Of a stretch of 64,000 nt of DNA, positions 19,119-28,115 are shown piece after piece. Every line of letters begins with the position of its first letter. Position 1 is the stretch's first letter. The translations under genes were made by a program, and so were the position numbers. A model generated the notes under the pieces. The model worked only from the letters and a program-made list of their open reading frames with translations. It was not told the DNA's origin and searched no databases. Source of the DNA: Defluviitaleaceae bacterium (GTDB lineage Bacteria > Bacillota > Clostridia > Lachnospirales > WRAA01); NCBI GenBank assembly GCA_009780015.1, contig WRAW01000002.1, forward strand, positions 12 through 64,011, written 5' to 3'.

Positions 19119-20597
19119 ATGAGAAGAAGCAGAGCAAACAAGCTGATAGCCGTCTTCACAACAATGACGATGCTGTTGTCAAGCTTTGTTATGCCGGTTT
19201 CCGTCTTTGCGGATCAACTCAACGGCGGTAATGGCGTCTATAGTGACTATGACGATTATGGTGACTATGGTGCCAATGGCGAAAATGATGCCAACGGCGA
19301 AAACGGCATTAACGGTGAAAACGGTGTTAATGGCGAAAACGGCGTCAACGGTGAATATGGCGTTAACGGCGAAAATGGTGCCAATGGTGAAAACGGCGTC
19401 AACGGCGAAAATGGCACCAATGGCACCAATGGCGAAAACGGCGTCAATGGCGAAAACGGCGAAGCAATCCTGCCAGACTACGACGACCAACTTCCGCCAA
19501 GCGTGGACGGTGGTACAGAGTCCAGGTTTGCTGAACCCGAAATCGTCAATGTAGCGCTGGGAACTTCACTGGAGCATGTACAAGAGCTCCTGTTGGAATT
19601 GTTCCCATATGTAATTGTAGTGAACCCCTATAACTTGGTGCTTACTGTCGATATTTCGCGGTGGGATAACCCGGACTACGACCCGGAATTGTCGGAAGTT
19701 GGCGACAGCTACGTCTTTACCGCGGTTGAGTACGTCGTAAGCGGCGGCGAATACCCGGAAATGCAGCCTCCGTCTGTTGTGGTGGAGATTGTGGAACCGG
19801 TGGGGATTATGCCGCTGACCCTAGCTACTCCGACCGTTACACGGGTATCACAAGGTGCGGGAACAAATGCCCGGATAGCTTTCTGGCCCGAAGTAACAAA
19901 TGCAGTAAGCTACACCATGTATATCTATGCCCGTCCGATAGGCGCTGGTGCGGTAAGTAACGCACCCAATCCGCCGGAGAGAGTTGCCGTGCTGCGAAAT
20001 ATAGCGCCTGGAACCAGGATGTTGGCTGACCCGCATGCTGTAACTGCTGTCAATACTCTTAACGCTATGAACGCTGCTACAGTAGCAATTGACATAAGGT
20101 TTGCGACATTTGAGCCGTATGGTGGTAATAACGACTTTTTGGCGATTCCGAGGCGTCATGACTTCCCGTCAGGAGCTCTTCCGAGAACCGATGCCGCACT
20201 CGCGGTAGCCGGCGAACCATTGCTCGGAGCTCAAAGTCACGGCAACCTTATCCCCGGCGCATACTGGGTTAGCGTCGAGGCGGTTGCCGCAGATATGTCG
20301 GATAATTCAGTCCCAAGCGCAATACAAGCTTTAAATGCTTCGTTCATAATAGGCGCCGGCCCTACCGACGCTCGGCTGATGATGGAAGCAACGGGCATCA
20401 CCAGCAGAAACCCGGATGCTCAAGACTTTGTCGTTGTTGATGTTCGTCCCTTGGCCGAGCGCAACGCTGAAGCTATATTCATGTTTACGTTGAATGAAAG
20501 AAATGGCTTAGTCCTCCCAGCAGTTGCTGCTGCTACTTCTGAAGCTATTCTGAATCAACATTTCCCTGATTATGACGAACTTATCCTGCTCTACTGA
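19119..20597 (+). CDS. Secreted surface protein, segment 1: signal peptide, NGENGV repeats, FN3-like module and the N-terminal two-thirds of a rhodanese-like domain. It ends at an in-frame UGA.
   Basis: Taken from ORF 19011..20597. The signal peptide is [31 protein letters not shown]. The segment ends in ...[13 protein letters not shown]...ELILLY-TGA, which is exactly where rhodanese has its catalytic Cys. Confidence 0.75.
   Translation: MRRSRANKLIAVFTTMTMLLSSFVMPVSVFADQLNGGNGVYSDYDDYGDYGANGENDANGENGINGENGVNGENGVNGEYGVNGENGANGENGVNGENGTNGTNGENGVNGENGEAILPDYDDQLPPSVDGGTESRFAEPEIVNVALGTSLEHVQELLLELFPYVIVVNPYNLVLTVDISRWDNPDYDPELSEVGDSYVFTAVEYVVSGGEYPEMQPPSVVVEIVEPVGIMPLTLATPTVTRVSQGAGTNARIAFWPEVTNAVSYTMYIYARPIGAGAVSNAPNPPERVAVLRNIAPGTRMLADPHAVTAVNTLNAMNAATVAIDIRFATFEPYGGNNDFLAIPRRHDFPSGALPRTDAALAVAGEPLLGAQSHGNLIPGAYWVSVEAVAADMSDNSVPSAIQALNASFIIGAGPTDARLMMEATGITSRNPDAQDFVVVDVRPLAERNAEAIFMFTLNERNGLVLPAVAAATSEAILNQHFPDYDELILLY
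19269..19463 (+). repeat. 18-bp tandem repeat, about 11 units, encoding (N-G-E-N-G-V/A/I/T)n
   Basis: It gives the protein run [63 protein letters not shown]. The units differ mostly at synonymous third codon positions. Confidence 0.9.
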
Positions 20598-20633
20598 CGG
20601 GGTGCGGGACGCAGTTTAACTGCAGCTCTCCGG

Positions 20634-21896
20634 ATGGCAGAGATGGGATATACACGAGCAATTGACTTCCAAGGCGTTAATCAGTGGATATATGGCAGGA
20701 TGTTTGACGACCCCGATGGCGACTACTATGGCTGGTTTAACTTTAGCGCTCTTAACCCCAGTCGGGTAGGGGATGAACTTAGGTGGACAAACGCTCCAGG
20801 CGCGGAAGGCTTTAGAGTGTTTGCTTATGACGGCGACCCCGCGAGCGGCGGCACGCAAGTAGCGTACGTAGATCTTCCAGGGGGGCCGGTAACAACAACC
20901 GGTGCTAATTCAGGAAATTCCGGAAGCTTGGTACCAGCGTCAGGTAGCACCCTAAGGTATTTTGTAGGCTATGATATTGTAACCGGCCAGCTCAGATTTT
21001 ACCCGACTGGTGCGGCCAACGTAAATAATATGGACTTTGTACAAGGCACCTTCGACTCAATCGTCGACGAGCTTACTGATCCGGGTGTATACCATTTCCG
21101 CATCCAGGCCATATCCAGCCTGAATCCGCGGCCGGTGGCCGGATTACCGGGCGTACACTGGGGCCAGGACTCGCAGCGTTTCACCGCTACGGGCGCCCCG
21201 TTTGTGGTTCCCGAAGCAGCGCCGGACAAATTCCTGAACAGAGGAACGGCGGCGGTGGGTGGCTTCCCGCTTGGTCTTTCGTGGACAGCGGTTCCGGGAG
21301 CGTATAGATATACGGTATACGCTTTCGACGATGAAAGCGAAGACAACCCACTTCTGGCGGCAAGATATGTTGATGATATAGACGCGCTGTCGCTTGACGT
21401 AAGAACCTATTTAAATCGTGATCCCAATCCATACACTGCGTTCAGCGCTCCATACTGGTTCCGCGTACGGGCGTATGACAGCAACGGCCTTGCCGTCAAC
21501 GATATAAGCGAACCTATGGGGCCGTGGTCGTATTGGTCTGAAACCAGTCCGCACGACAGAGCTGACCTCAATTGGGAACAAAGATTGGCGATGTACAATC
21601 AGACGGGCGCGAACGCCAACATTCCGTTTGTTATGATTGATATACGCAACTGGACTACTGAGCGTTCGCAGGGGCATGTCGCAGGAAGTTTATGGGCTCC
21701 ATGGCATAACTGGACAGATGCCGTAACTGCCGCCCATGCCGCGCTTAATCCTCCCATCGCTCAGGCCACGCCAGCTACTTTCCAGGAGCACGTCTTTACC
21801 GCGGTAGCCGTAGCTTTGGATAACCTGACTCCGCAGGAAAGGCTATGGTTGGACGGGCAGCCCGGAGATAATTACATTCGCGTATTCCTGTACTGA
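20634..21896 (+). CDS. Surface protein, segment 2, in the same frame as segment 1: rest of rhodanese domain 1, FN3-like modules and most of rhodanese domain 2. It also ends at an in-frame UGA.
   Basis: There is no Shine-Dalgarno sequence and no signal peptide. Codons 20598-20633 are open and read RGAGRSLTAALR, which is the rhodanese active-site loop. The C-terminus reads FVMIDIRNWTTERSQGHVAGSLWAP...NYIRVFLY-TGA. Confidence 0.7.
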   Translation: MAEMGYTRAIDFQGVNQWIYGRMFDDPDGDYYGWFNFSALNPSRVGDELRWTNAPGAEGFRVFAYDGDPASGGTQVAYVDLPGGPVTTTGANSGNSGSLVPASGSTLRYFVGYDIVTGQLRFYPTGAANVNNMDFVQGTFDSIVDELTDPGVYHFRIQAISSLNPRPVAGLPGVHWGQDSQRFTATGAPFVVPEAAPDKFLNRGTAAVGGFPLGLSWTAVPGAYRYTVYAFDDESEDNPLLAARYVDDIDALSLDVRTYLNRDPNPYTAFSAPYWFRVRAYDSNGLAVNDISEPMGPWSYWSETSPHDRADLNWEQRLAMYNQTGANANIPFVMIDIRNWTTERSQGHVAGSLWAPWHNWTDAVTAAHAALNPPIAQATPATFQEHVFTAVAVALDNLTPQERLWLDGQPGDNYIRVFLY

Positions 21897-21941
21897 GCGG
21901 GCGGCGGCAGAACTGTACCTGCCACAGTCGCAGTTGCGACA

Positions 21942-23384
21942 ATGGGATTCCCGAATGTACACGATTTCTGGGGACACAACCAGTTAGGCCCCGCGGGCTT
22001 CCCGTTTGAGGGACGCCGCGTTGCGGATACCCCGACACCGATGATATTCAACGACGTTGTTACGTGGCCGGAAGTAGATGTTCAGGGCACACACGGCGGC
22101 TACACCGTATTTGCCTTTAGAAGCGCGACGGAAACTAATGTGAACAACGCGTATGCGTATGCTCATACAGACGACACTACGTTCAATGTGCTTACCGATT
22201 TTAACCCGCCGCTACCGACGGAAACATTCTTCTTCCGTGTTCAGGCCATGGGTACCGATTTAGCCCCAAATGCTGATTTCCTGATCTGGAACGCTCATCT
22301 TCCTTCGGAGCTCAGCGAAAGAGCGATATCTCCTCCGTACGAAGACCCTGACCCTGACCCTGCTCCGCCTGCCGTCCATCCGGCCCCTCCGTCCGGCGGA
22401 AGACCAAGTCCTCCGGTGACGGCGCCTCCGCGTGACCCCGCCGCAGTTGCTCCAACGCCTCCGAGCCAGCAGGCGAATATGCCGGTCGGCAGCGCGGTTA
22501 TGGGTACGGATCAGACGGCCGAGATCATATTCCATGCACTAACAGCGGGCGATCCTGTAGTGATCTCGTTGCCGAACAACACGCGCTACGCGGACTTCCA
22601 GTCCAGCGACATCGCGGCTCTTGCTTACCGCGGGGATGACCTCTCGGTTGAACGCGCTGGTGTACGCATTATCGTACCCGGGGACGTTCTCGCAGAGATT
22701 TCTCCGGCAAACCTCCAGACATTCCGCATTGAGATCGGTTCCGTATCCGACGCTCTTGTAGATGCCGTCGGAGATGTAGATCAGGGCGACCTCCTGAGCG
22801 TATTCTATGTTAACATTATTGTAAACGGAAGCGGTGTCGGCGATCTGAACGCGCCCGTCGTGATATCCCTTGATGCCGCGCAATTCGGTGTCACAGCGGC
22901 TACTTACGGCGTAACAGGCGCACGTGTCAACGCGGGCGGAAGCTTCAGCTTGCTGGGTGGCAGCCTGAGCCAAGGCCGCTTCGAGTTCATCACCGACAGC
23001 CTGAGCTCTTACGCCCTGCTTAGCGGAGTCACGTTCACAAGCCTCGCGTTCACCGTCGATACCGCGAGCTTTGCGCTCAACGGCGCGAGCCAGGGTCTTG
23101 ACGTAGCTCCGACCATCATCAACGGCCGCACGATGGTTCCGGTACGCGCAATTGCGGAAGGACTAGGCGCCAACGTCGTCTGGAACGAAGCCGCAAGCGC
23201 CATTTCGATAGATCTCGGCGAAACTTCAGTCGAGCTCGCTATCGGCGTCCTTGCCCCAGGTATGGATGTCCCTGCGACTATCGTCGACGGCAGAGCTCTC
23301 GTTCCGCTTAGATTTATCTCAGAACAACTCGGCGCCAGTGTCGTCTGGAACTCCAGAGACCAAGGCATCGGTATTTACAGATAA
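21942..23384 (+). CDS. Surface protein, segment 3, in the same frame: rest of rhodanese domain 2, FN3-like module, Pro-rich linker and a C-terminal copper-amine-oxidase-N (stalk) wall-associated domain
   Basis: There is no Shine-Dalgarno sequence and no signal peptide. Codons 21897-21941 are open and read AGGGRTVPATVAVAT. The C-terminus has NGRTMVPVRAIAEGLGANVVWNE and DGRALVPLRFISEQLGASVVWNS. Confidence 0.7.
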   Translation: MGFPNVHDFWGHNQLGPAGFPFEGRRVADTPTPMIFNDVVTWPEVDVQGTHGGYTVFAFRSATETNVNNAYAYAHTDDTTFNVLTDFNPPLPTETFFFRVQAMGTDLAPNADFLIWNAHLPSELSERAISPPYEDPDPDPAPPAVHPAPPSGGRPSPPVTAPPRDPAAVAPTPPSQQANMPVGSAVMGTDQTAEIIFHALTAGDPVVISLPNNTRYADFQSSDIAALAYRGDDLSVERAGVRIIVPGDVLAEISPANLQTFRIEIGSVSDALVDAVGDVDQGDLLSVFYVNIIVNGSGVGDLNAPVVISLDAAQFGVTAATYGVTGARVNAGGSFSLLGGSLSQGRFEFITDSLSSYALLSGVTFTSLAFTVDTASFALNGASQGLDVAPTIINGRTMVPVRAIAEGLGANVVWNEAASAISIDLGETSVELAIGVLAPGMDVPATIVDGRALVPLRFISEQLGASVVWNSRDQGIGIYR

Positions 23385-23400
23385 TATTCAGTAACAAAAG

Positions 23401-23436
23401 TGACCACCGGCCAAGCGTCGGTGGTCATTATATTTT
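23401..23436 (+). terminator. Intrinsic terminator after the surface-protein locus
   Basis: The hairpin is tgaccaccg-gccaagcgt-cggtggtca, followed by ttatatttt. Confidence 0.6.
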
Positions 23437-23549
23437 CTATGTTTATTTTTGAAAAATTGAGGAATTTTTGAGATTTGTATTGTAAATTCTTCTTGATATC
23501 AAAAGTTACATTGGTGATTAAATATTAGGGAAATCAAGGGGGACGATTT

Positions 23550-23960
23550 ATGAGGAAGGAAGAGTTTAGCCTCATTGTAATTGGTGCGTTGATAGTATCG
23601 GCGATTTCTTTGTCCGCATGGATTGCATATAGTGAGTTAACAAGACCTACCTCGCCTGTTATTGCTATCGAAAACAACACAATAGCGTGGGATGTAACAG
23701 GAATAGGTGATATCACCGCTGGACGATTTATTCGTTCATATGAAGTGCGTGTGGTCATCGGCAATGAAACATTTACTGCAATTGTTGACGGCCCAACGGA
23801 ATTAGGTGTAACGATTGCTAAAGGTTTAACAACTTTAGATTTGGACAGTGTTCAACAGGCTATAGATAATGCCGAAGTCACGGTTCGTACGGTACGAAAT
23901 CTTAATTCCGGCACAGGCTTTAGCAGGTGGTCAAACACAGTTATCTGGGTACGCGAGTAA
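23550..23960 (+). CDS. Small membrane-anchored protein with an FN3-like ectodomain (hypothetical)
   Basis: It has an N-terminal transmembrane helix (FSLIVIGALIVSAISLSAWIAY). A GGGGGA ribosome-binding site precedes the ATG. The theme IAWDVTG...YEVRVV...RWSNTV echoes the FN3-like modules upstream. Confidence 0.5.
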   Translation: MRKEEFSLIVIGALIVSAISLSAWIAYSELTRPTSPVIAIENNTIAWDVTGIGDITAGRFIRSYEVRVVIGNETFTAIVDGPTELGVTIAKGLTTLDLDSVQQAIDNAEVTVRTVRNLNSGTGFSRWSNTVIWVRE

Positions 23961-24420
23961 AAAAATTGGTAATGTCGAAAGAAGAAATCAGTTGCTATTT
24001 TGTCGTCGAAAACAGTAACTGAACTGTATACTTTGATAAGTAATAGAAATTAATATTATTACTTTGAGCTGCCAATGTTTTTATCGAGTATATTGGATTT
24101 TTAGAGACGCTTGGGTATAATGTAATATATCCAACGCTAATTGTATCCCTTCTCTAAGAGCTTGATTTTCTGTATCGTTGACTACAAAATCCCCTTCAAA
24201 CAGGCCGTAAGAAATAACCGTAGCTGTCCGCAGTTCTTGGCCGACTTCAACTATAGCGGTAGCTACTGCTCCGGTATTTCTACCATGGATTATCCACACC
24301 CGGTCTTAACCATCTTCCCTAAACAGGACGGCAGGTGGTATGGCAAAGCTATATTTGATTTGTCTTTTGGAACCTGTACATATGTGGTATAATCGTTACA
24401 GATGGAGGGCGAATTAAACC

Positions 24421-25236
24421 ATGTTTAGAATAGGTGAGTTTTCAAAACTGACGCAGGTGTCAATCCGTATGTTGCGATACTATGATGAAACAGGATTGTT
24501 GAAGCCTGCGGAAATTGACAAGTTTACAAATTACAGACTATATTCTGCGGAGCAGATTCCTGTATTAAACAAGGTTGTTTTCTTGCGTGATTTAGGATTT
24601 AATGTTTCGGAAATATCGGCTGTGCTAACCGAGTGGAGCAACGAATCTATTACCAAGCTACTCGATAGCAAGCATTTGGAAATTCAAGATACGATTAAAG
24701 TCGAGCAAGATAAGCTGTTAAAAATCGAGTTAGCCAAAAGAGATATTCAGCAAGAAAAGATAAAAACACACTACAACGTATCAATTAAATCTGTTCCAAG
24801 CTATCAAGTGTTTTCGTTAAGGCGGGTTGTTCCGAATTACTATGCCGAAGGATTGTTATGGAAAGAAATATCTGGATTTGTAGACGCAAAGAATATTACT
24901 ATTTCAGGCAAAACCTTCTCCATCTTCCATGACCCGGATTATAGAGAAGCAGATGTAGACATTGAAGTATGCGTTCCTGTAGCAAAAATGAGAAAAAATT
25001 CAGACGGCTTTACTTACAGACATACAGAACCTGTACCAATCATGGCGCGTACTATGGTATATGGACATTTTGAAAACATTGCAAGTGCATATATTGGGTT
25101 TGCAAGTTGGCTGCAAGAATATAGTCAATACAGTATGGGCGAGCATAGTAGACAAATTGTCCATCGTGGACCGTGGAATGAAGAAAATCCCGATAAATGG
25201 TTGACAGAAATGCAAATCCCATTAGAGAGAATATAG
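24421..25236 (+). CDS. MerR-family transcriptional regulator with a GyrI-like effector-binding domain (BmrR/TipA-like architecture)
   Basis: The N-terminal helix-turn-helix is MFRIGEFSKLTQVSIRMLRYYDETGLLKP. A coiled-coil linker follows, then a C-terminal GyrI-like region. Confidence 0.85.
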   Translation: MFRIGEFSKLTQVSIRMLRYYDETGLLKPAEIDKFTNYRLYSAEQIPVLNKVVFLRDLGFNVSEISAVLTEWSNESITKLLDSKHLEIQDTIKVEQDKLLKIELAKRDIQQEKIKTHYNVSIKSVPSYQVFSLRRVVPNYYAEGLLWKEISGFVDAKNITISGKTFSIFHDPDYREADVDIEVCVPVAKMRKNSDGFTYRHTEPVPIMARTMVYGHFENIASAYIGFASWLQEYSQYSMGEHSRQIVHRGPWNEENPDKWLTEMQIPLERI

Positions 25237-25346
25237 TTTTTCACGCCTTGCGTTCGTGCAAGGCGTTTTTTGCTATTGACTCTCACATGATGGTAGGGTT
25301 TAAACTGAATTTACAGGCAAGTAAAAACCATATGGAGGAATCAAAA

Positions 25347-25823
25347 ATGGATAATTTTAGCGTAAACCCTGTCGGGAAAATCAACGTCAATGATGAAGGC
25401 ATGTTTATTGAGGTTGACAATAAATATCTTCCGGCTATGCAAGCGTTAGATGGCTTTAGTCACTTAAACATTATTTGGTGGTTTAGTGACTATGACAATG
25501 AAGATATGAGAGATATTCTCGAATCCCCTAAGCCTTACAAAAAATCCCCGGAAGTAATGGGGATATTCGCTACAAGGTCGCCAATTCGCCCAAATCCGAT
25601 TGCTTTGTCTGCGGTACAAGTTATCAGCATAGACCATGAAAAAGGCATGATTCAGATCGCCTATATTGACGCGAATGATGGCACTCCTGTATTGGATATT
25701 AAGCCATATACACCAAGCCTTGATAAAGTAGAAACTCCGGGTGTACCGGAATGGTGCTGCCATTGGCCTAAAAGTTTGGAGCAGTCGGAAGCGTTCGATT
25801 GGGAAAACGAGTTTAACTTTTGA
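25347..25823 (+). CDS. trmO: tRNA (m6t6A37) methyltransferase TrmO/TsaA-like (UPF0066)
   Basis: Motifs are NPVGKI...RSPIRPNPIALSAVQVISID...IDANDGTPVLDIKPY. A GGAGG ribosome-binding site lies 8 nt before the ATG at 25347. Confidence 0.8.
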   Translation: MDNFSVNPVGKINVNDEGMFIEVDNKYLPAMQALDGFSHLNIIWWFSDYDNEDMRDILESPKPYKKSPEVMGIFATRSPIRPNPIALSAVQVISIDHEKGMIQIAYIDANDGTPVLDIKPYTPSLDKVETPGVPEWCCHWPKSLEQSEAFDWENEFNF

Positions 25824-25842
25824 GCAAAGTTTCTACACAAAA

Positions 25843-25880
25843 AAGCCATAGCCCTATCTTTCGGGGTTATGGCTTTTCTG
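25843..25880 (+). terminator. Intrinsic terminator after trmO
   Basis: An imperfect hairpin (aagccatagccc-tatctttc-ggggttatggctt) is followed by a T-rich run. Confidence 0.55.
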
Positions 25881-26213
25881 CTTCATCTCTTTCGGCGTGG
25901 GGTTAGGCTGATTGTATTCTTTAATCTTTTTAGCGAAACTGCGTTTTGAGTGATGCTAGTTTTCCTAGCTTCCAGTATCTAGGCTAGATAGCTTATTTTC
26001 AAGCATATCGTCAATTGGCCAATACACAACCCTTGAATCTTCAATATCTTTTAGAACATCCTGTACTCTGTGTTTAAATTTACTTCTATCGCCGTAATAC
26101 GTTACAGCCGCTACTGAGGGATTTTTTTCATCTTAGTGGAGGCTTATTCTACGCTCTAACGCTTATTATTCCTCGCTGCTATCATCGACACCAGCCGTCA
26201 TAGTCCGCTCCAA

Positions 26214-26564
26214 TTACGTCGCCAATATGTTACGATGGTTGTATTTAGGGCTACGTGGGCTTAGGTTGCCTGTAATGCCGTTAGTGTTATTGGTAGTGAT
26301 GATGCAGCGGTGTCGGGACCGCAGGTGCGGTCTGTAGTGTTTGGAATATCCCTTGCCGCCGCTTGCTCGTGTTGTTCGTTGCCATTGGTAGGTTGGTTTG
26401 CCGCTGACTGTTATGTTGGTTGTTACGGAAGGAACTGCTTCCTCACCATCATGTACTGTGATGCTGGTGGTTATTCTTGGGTTTTGGGCATTGATGCGAT
26501 TGTCTTGGTTATTGTTACCGCTGCCTGTCACCAGGAACACTGCATCCAAAGGACTTTTGTACAC
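26214..26564 (-). pseudogene. Possible remnant of an Ig-like-repeat surface protein
   Basis: The segment ITVHDGEEAVPSVTTNITVSGKPTYQWQR resembles the Ig-like repeat theme (..G..a.f.v.a.g..ltYQWq) of large surface proteins. There is no ribosome-binding site and the C-terminus is implausible. Confidence 0.25.
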
Positions 26565-26598
26565 ATTAAGACAGCTCTTCCATTTACGTAAACTGCGG

Positions 26599-27102
26599 TC
26601 ACTCTGCCGGGGGAGTTACAAGCTCCTTTATCGCCCGAATCATGTTATATAGCAGGAATACGGAAGAAGAGGCGGCAAAAGCAGGCAAAGCAGCAAATGC
26701 AAAGCCGGTTGGCCAGCGCAAAATGGTAAACAAGACGCCCACTCTTTGGTTGGCTACGATAATTCCCTCATAGAACAGGATCACACATATACCCAAGATG
26801 ACAGCGCGCATTAAAATGAATAACCCCTTCTTTATGTGCCACGAAAAATGATCGACAAAGAACGTAACCACTATGTGGTCGCCGCGATAGATTGCCGTTG
26901 CCATGCCCAGACATATGCTCCAGGATATCATTAGCATCGAGAAGTCAAGCGCCCACAGAACCGAAAAGCCGAGGAATGTGCGGGTGAAAATGTTAGCTAA
27001 GTTAACCAAGAAGATCGAGAAGAAGCAGATTGCGGAAATTGTCCACAAAATTTCGGAATATATGTCCATTATCTTTTTAATCATGACATCACACTCCTCC
27101 AA
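26599..27102 (-). CDS. TRAP transporter small permease (DctQ-like)
   Basis: It has four transmembrane helices and a DctQ-type pattern (FTRTFLGFSVLWALDFSMLMISW...RGDHIVV). Confidence 0.7.
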   Translation of the reverse strand: MEECDVMIKKIMDIYSEILWTISAICFFSIFLVNLANIFTRTFLGFSVLWALDFSMLMISWSICLGMATAIYRGDHIVVTFFVDHFSWHIKKGLFILMRAVILGICVILFYEGIIVANQRVGVLFTILRWPTGFAFAALPAFAASSSVFLLYNMIRAIKELVTPPAE

Positions 27103-27793
27103 ATATCAGATTTGGCAGAAACAAGGTTACTTGAGGAATGTAGGTGACTATCATAAGTACCACTATCATAGCCCCAACAAAGGGAATCACCTGTTTTACC
27201 ATGCGGTCGATAGGTACACCGGATATCTTCTGAACCACAAACAGCAGCCCGCCGACCGGAGGGGTGCACAATCCAATCGACAGATTGACAACAACCAGGA
27301 CGCCAAAGTGGATCGGGTCGATGCCAAGGCTTACAGCAATAGGCATAAAGACCGGCATGAAAATTGTCATCAGGGGAAGCGCGTCCATTATCATACCCAC
27401 GATCAGGAAGAATATGTTTACCATAAGCAAGAACATCAAAGGAGACATTTACATGCCTAATATGAGGTGGGCCAACATTACGTCAACCCGTTCCACCGCC
27501 ATAAAAAACGTGAATGTGCCAAGTACTCCAAACAGCGCCATGATTGCGGACGCAAATAGAATCGCTTTCTTAAACGCCTGTAAGAGCTTGAGTAACGTAA
27601 GGTTGCGATATATGAAAAAACCCACGAGCATCACAAAAGAGCAGGCGAGAATCGAAATCTCCGTAATTGTTGCCAGACCTGACAATACTCCGACTATTAT
27701 GATCATCGGTGCCAATAAGCCCGGTAGGGCATCCAGAAACACTTTGTACAGCGGCTTCTGCCTGTACTTTGAAGGATTAACCGAAAGATCCAT
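27089..27793 (-). pseudogene. TRAP transporter large permease (DctM) remnant, N-terminally truncated and carrying an in-frame TAA
   Basis: ORFs 27449..27793 and 27089..27448 are in the same frame, separated only by a TAA at 27449-27451. Together they cover about the C-terminal 230 aa of a roughly 425-aa DctM (GIDPIHFGVLVVVNLSIGLCTPPVGGLLFV). No dctP gene is present. Confidence 0.7.
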
Positions 27794-28115
27794 AATACTA
27801 GGTTCTGGGTAAGCGGGATATTGTAACTTTCAAAAAACCTTATGAAAAGTCGAACTTTTGAAATCAGGTTGTTACCGTAACGGGTTGTGTATGCATAAAT
27901 TTCGGAGCCAAAACATCACATGAAATATCATCGTGAATTTTTAATTGATTGAAAGCAATTGTAAATAACCCACAAAAATAATATAATTAATTAGTATAAT
28001 ACGCAGAAGTTAAATCAAATTGTTGCGTTTGATTTTTTGTTGTGATAAAGTTTATATAAAGAATCAGGTATGATGCAAGCGAAAACATAGTATGAATCTG
28101 AAAGGAGTAAAACTT

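Noticed and set aside
19179-19554. ORFs 19179..19490 (-), 19186..19554 (+) and 19265..19447 (-) across the NGENGV repeat
   Set aside because: They are shadow frames created by the 18-bp periodic repeat. The sense frame is continuous with a signal peptide and downstream domains.
20595-21896. Genome-wide UGA reassignment (genetic code 4 or 25) as the explanation for the two in-frame UGAs
   Set aside because: Many well-supported genes in this window end at TGA at the position expected from homology, for example ASST paralog 3 at 6280-6282 and the FAD oxidase at 32403-32405. UGA is therefore a normal stop here, and site-specific recoding (Sec) fits better.
24081-24392. Mutually overlapping small ORFs 24081..24299 (-) and 24141..24392 (+) upstream of the MerR gene
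   Set aside because: Neither has a convincing ribosome-binding site or recognisable domain. The minus-strand frame extends upstream without a start codon and may be a gene fragment, but I cannot support a call.
25960-26135. Minus-strand open frame encoding ...YYGDRSKFKHRVQDVLKDIEDSRVVYWPIDDMLENK...
   Set aside because: It has no start codon after the preceding stop and is only about 55 codons long. It is probably a remnant within the decayed 25.9-28.0 kb stretch, and the evidence is too weak to annotate.
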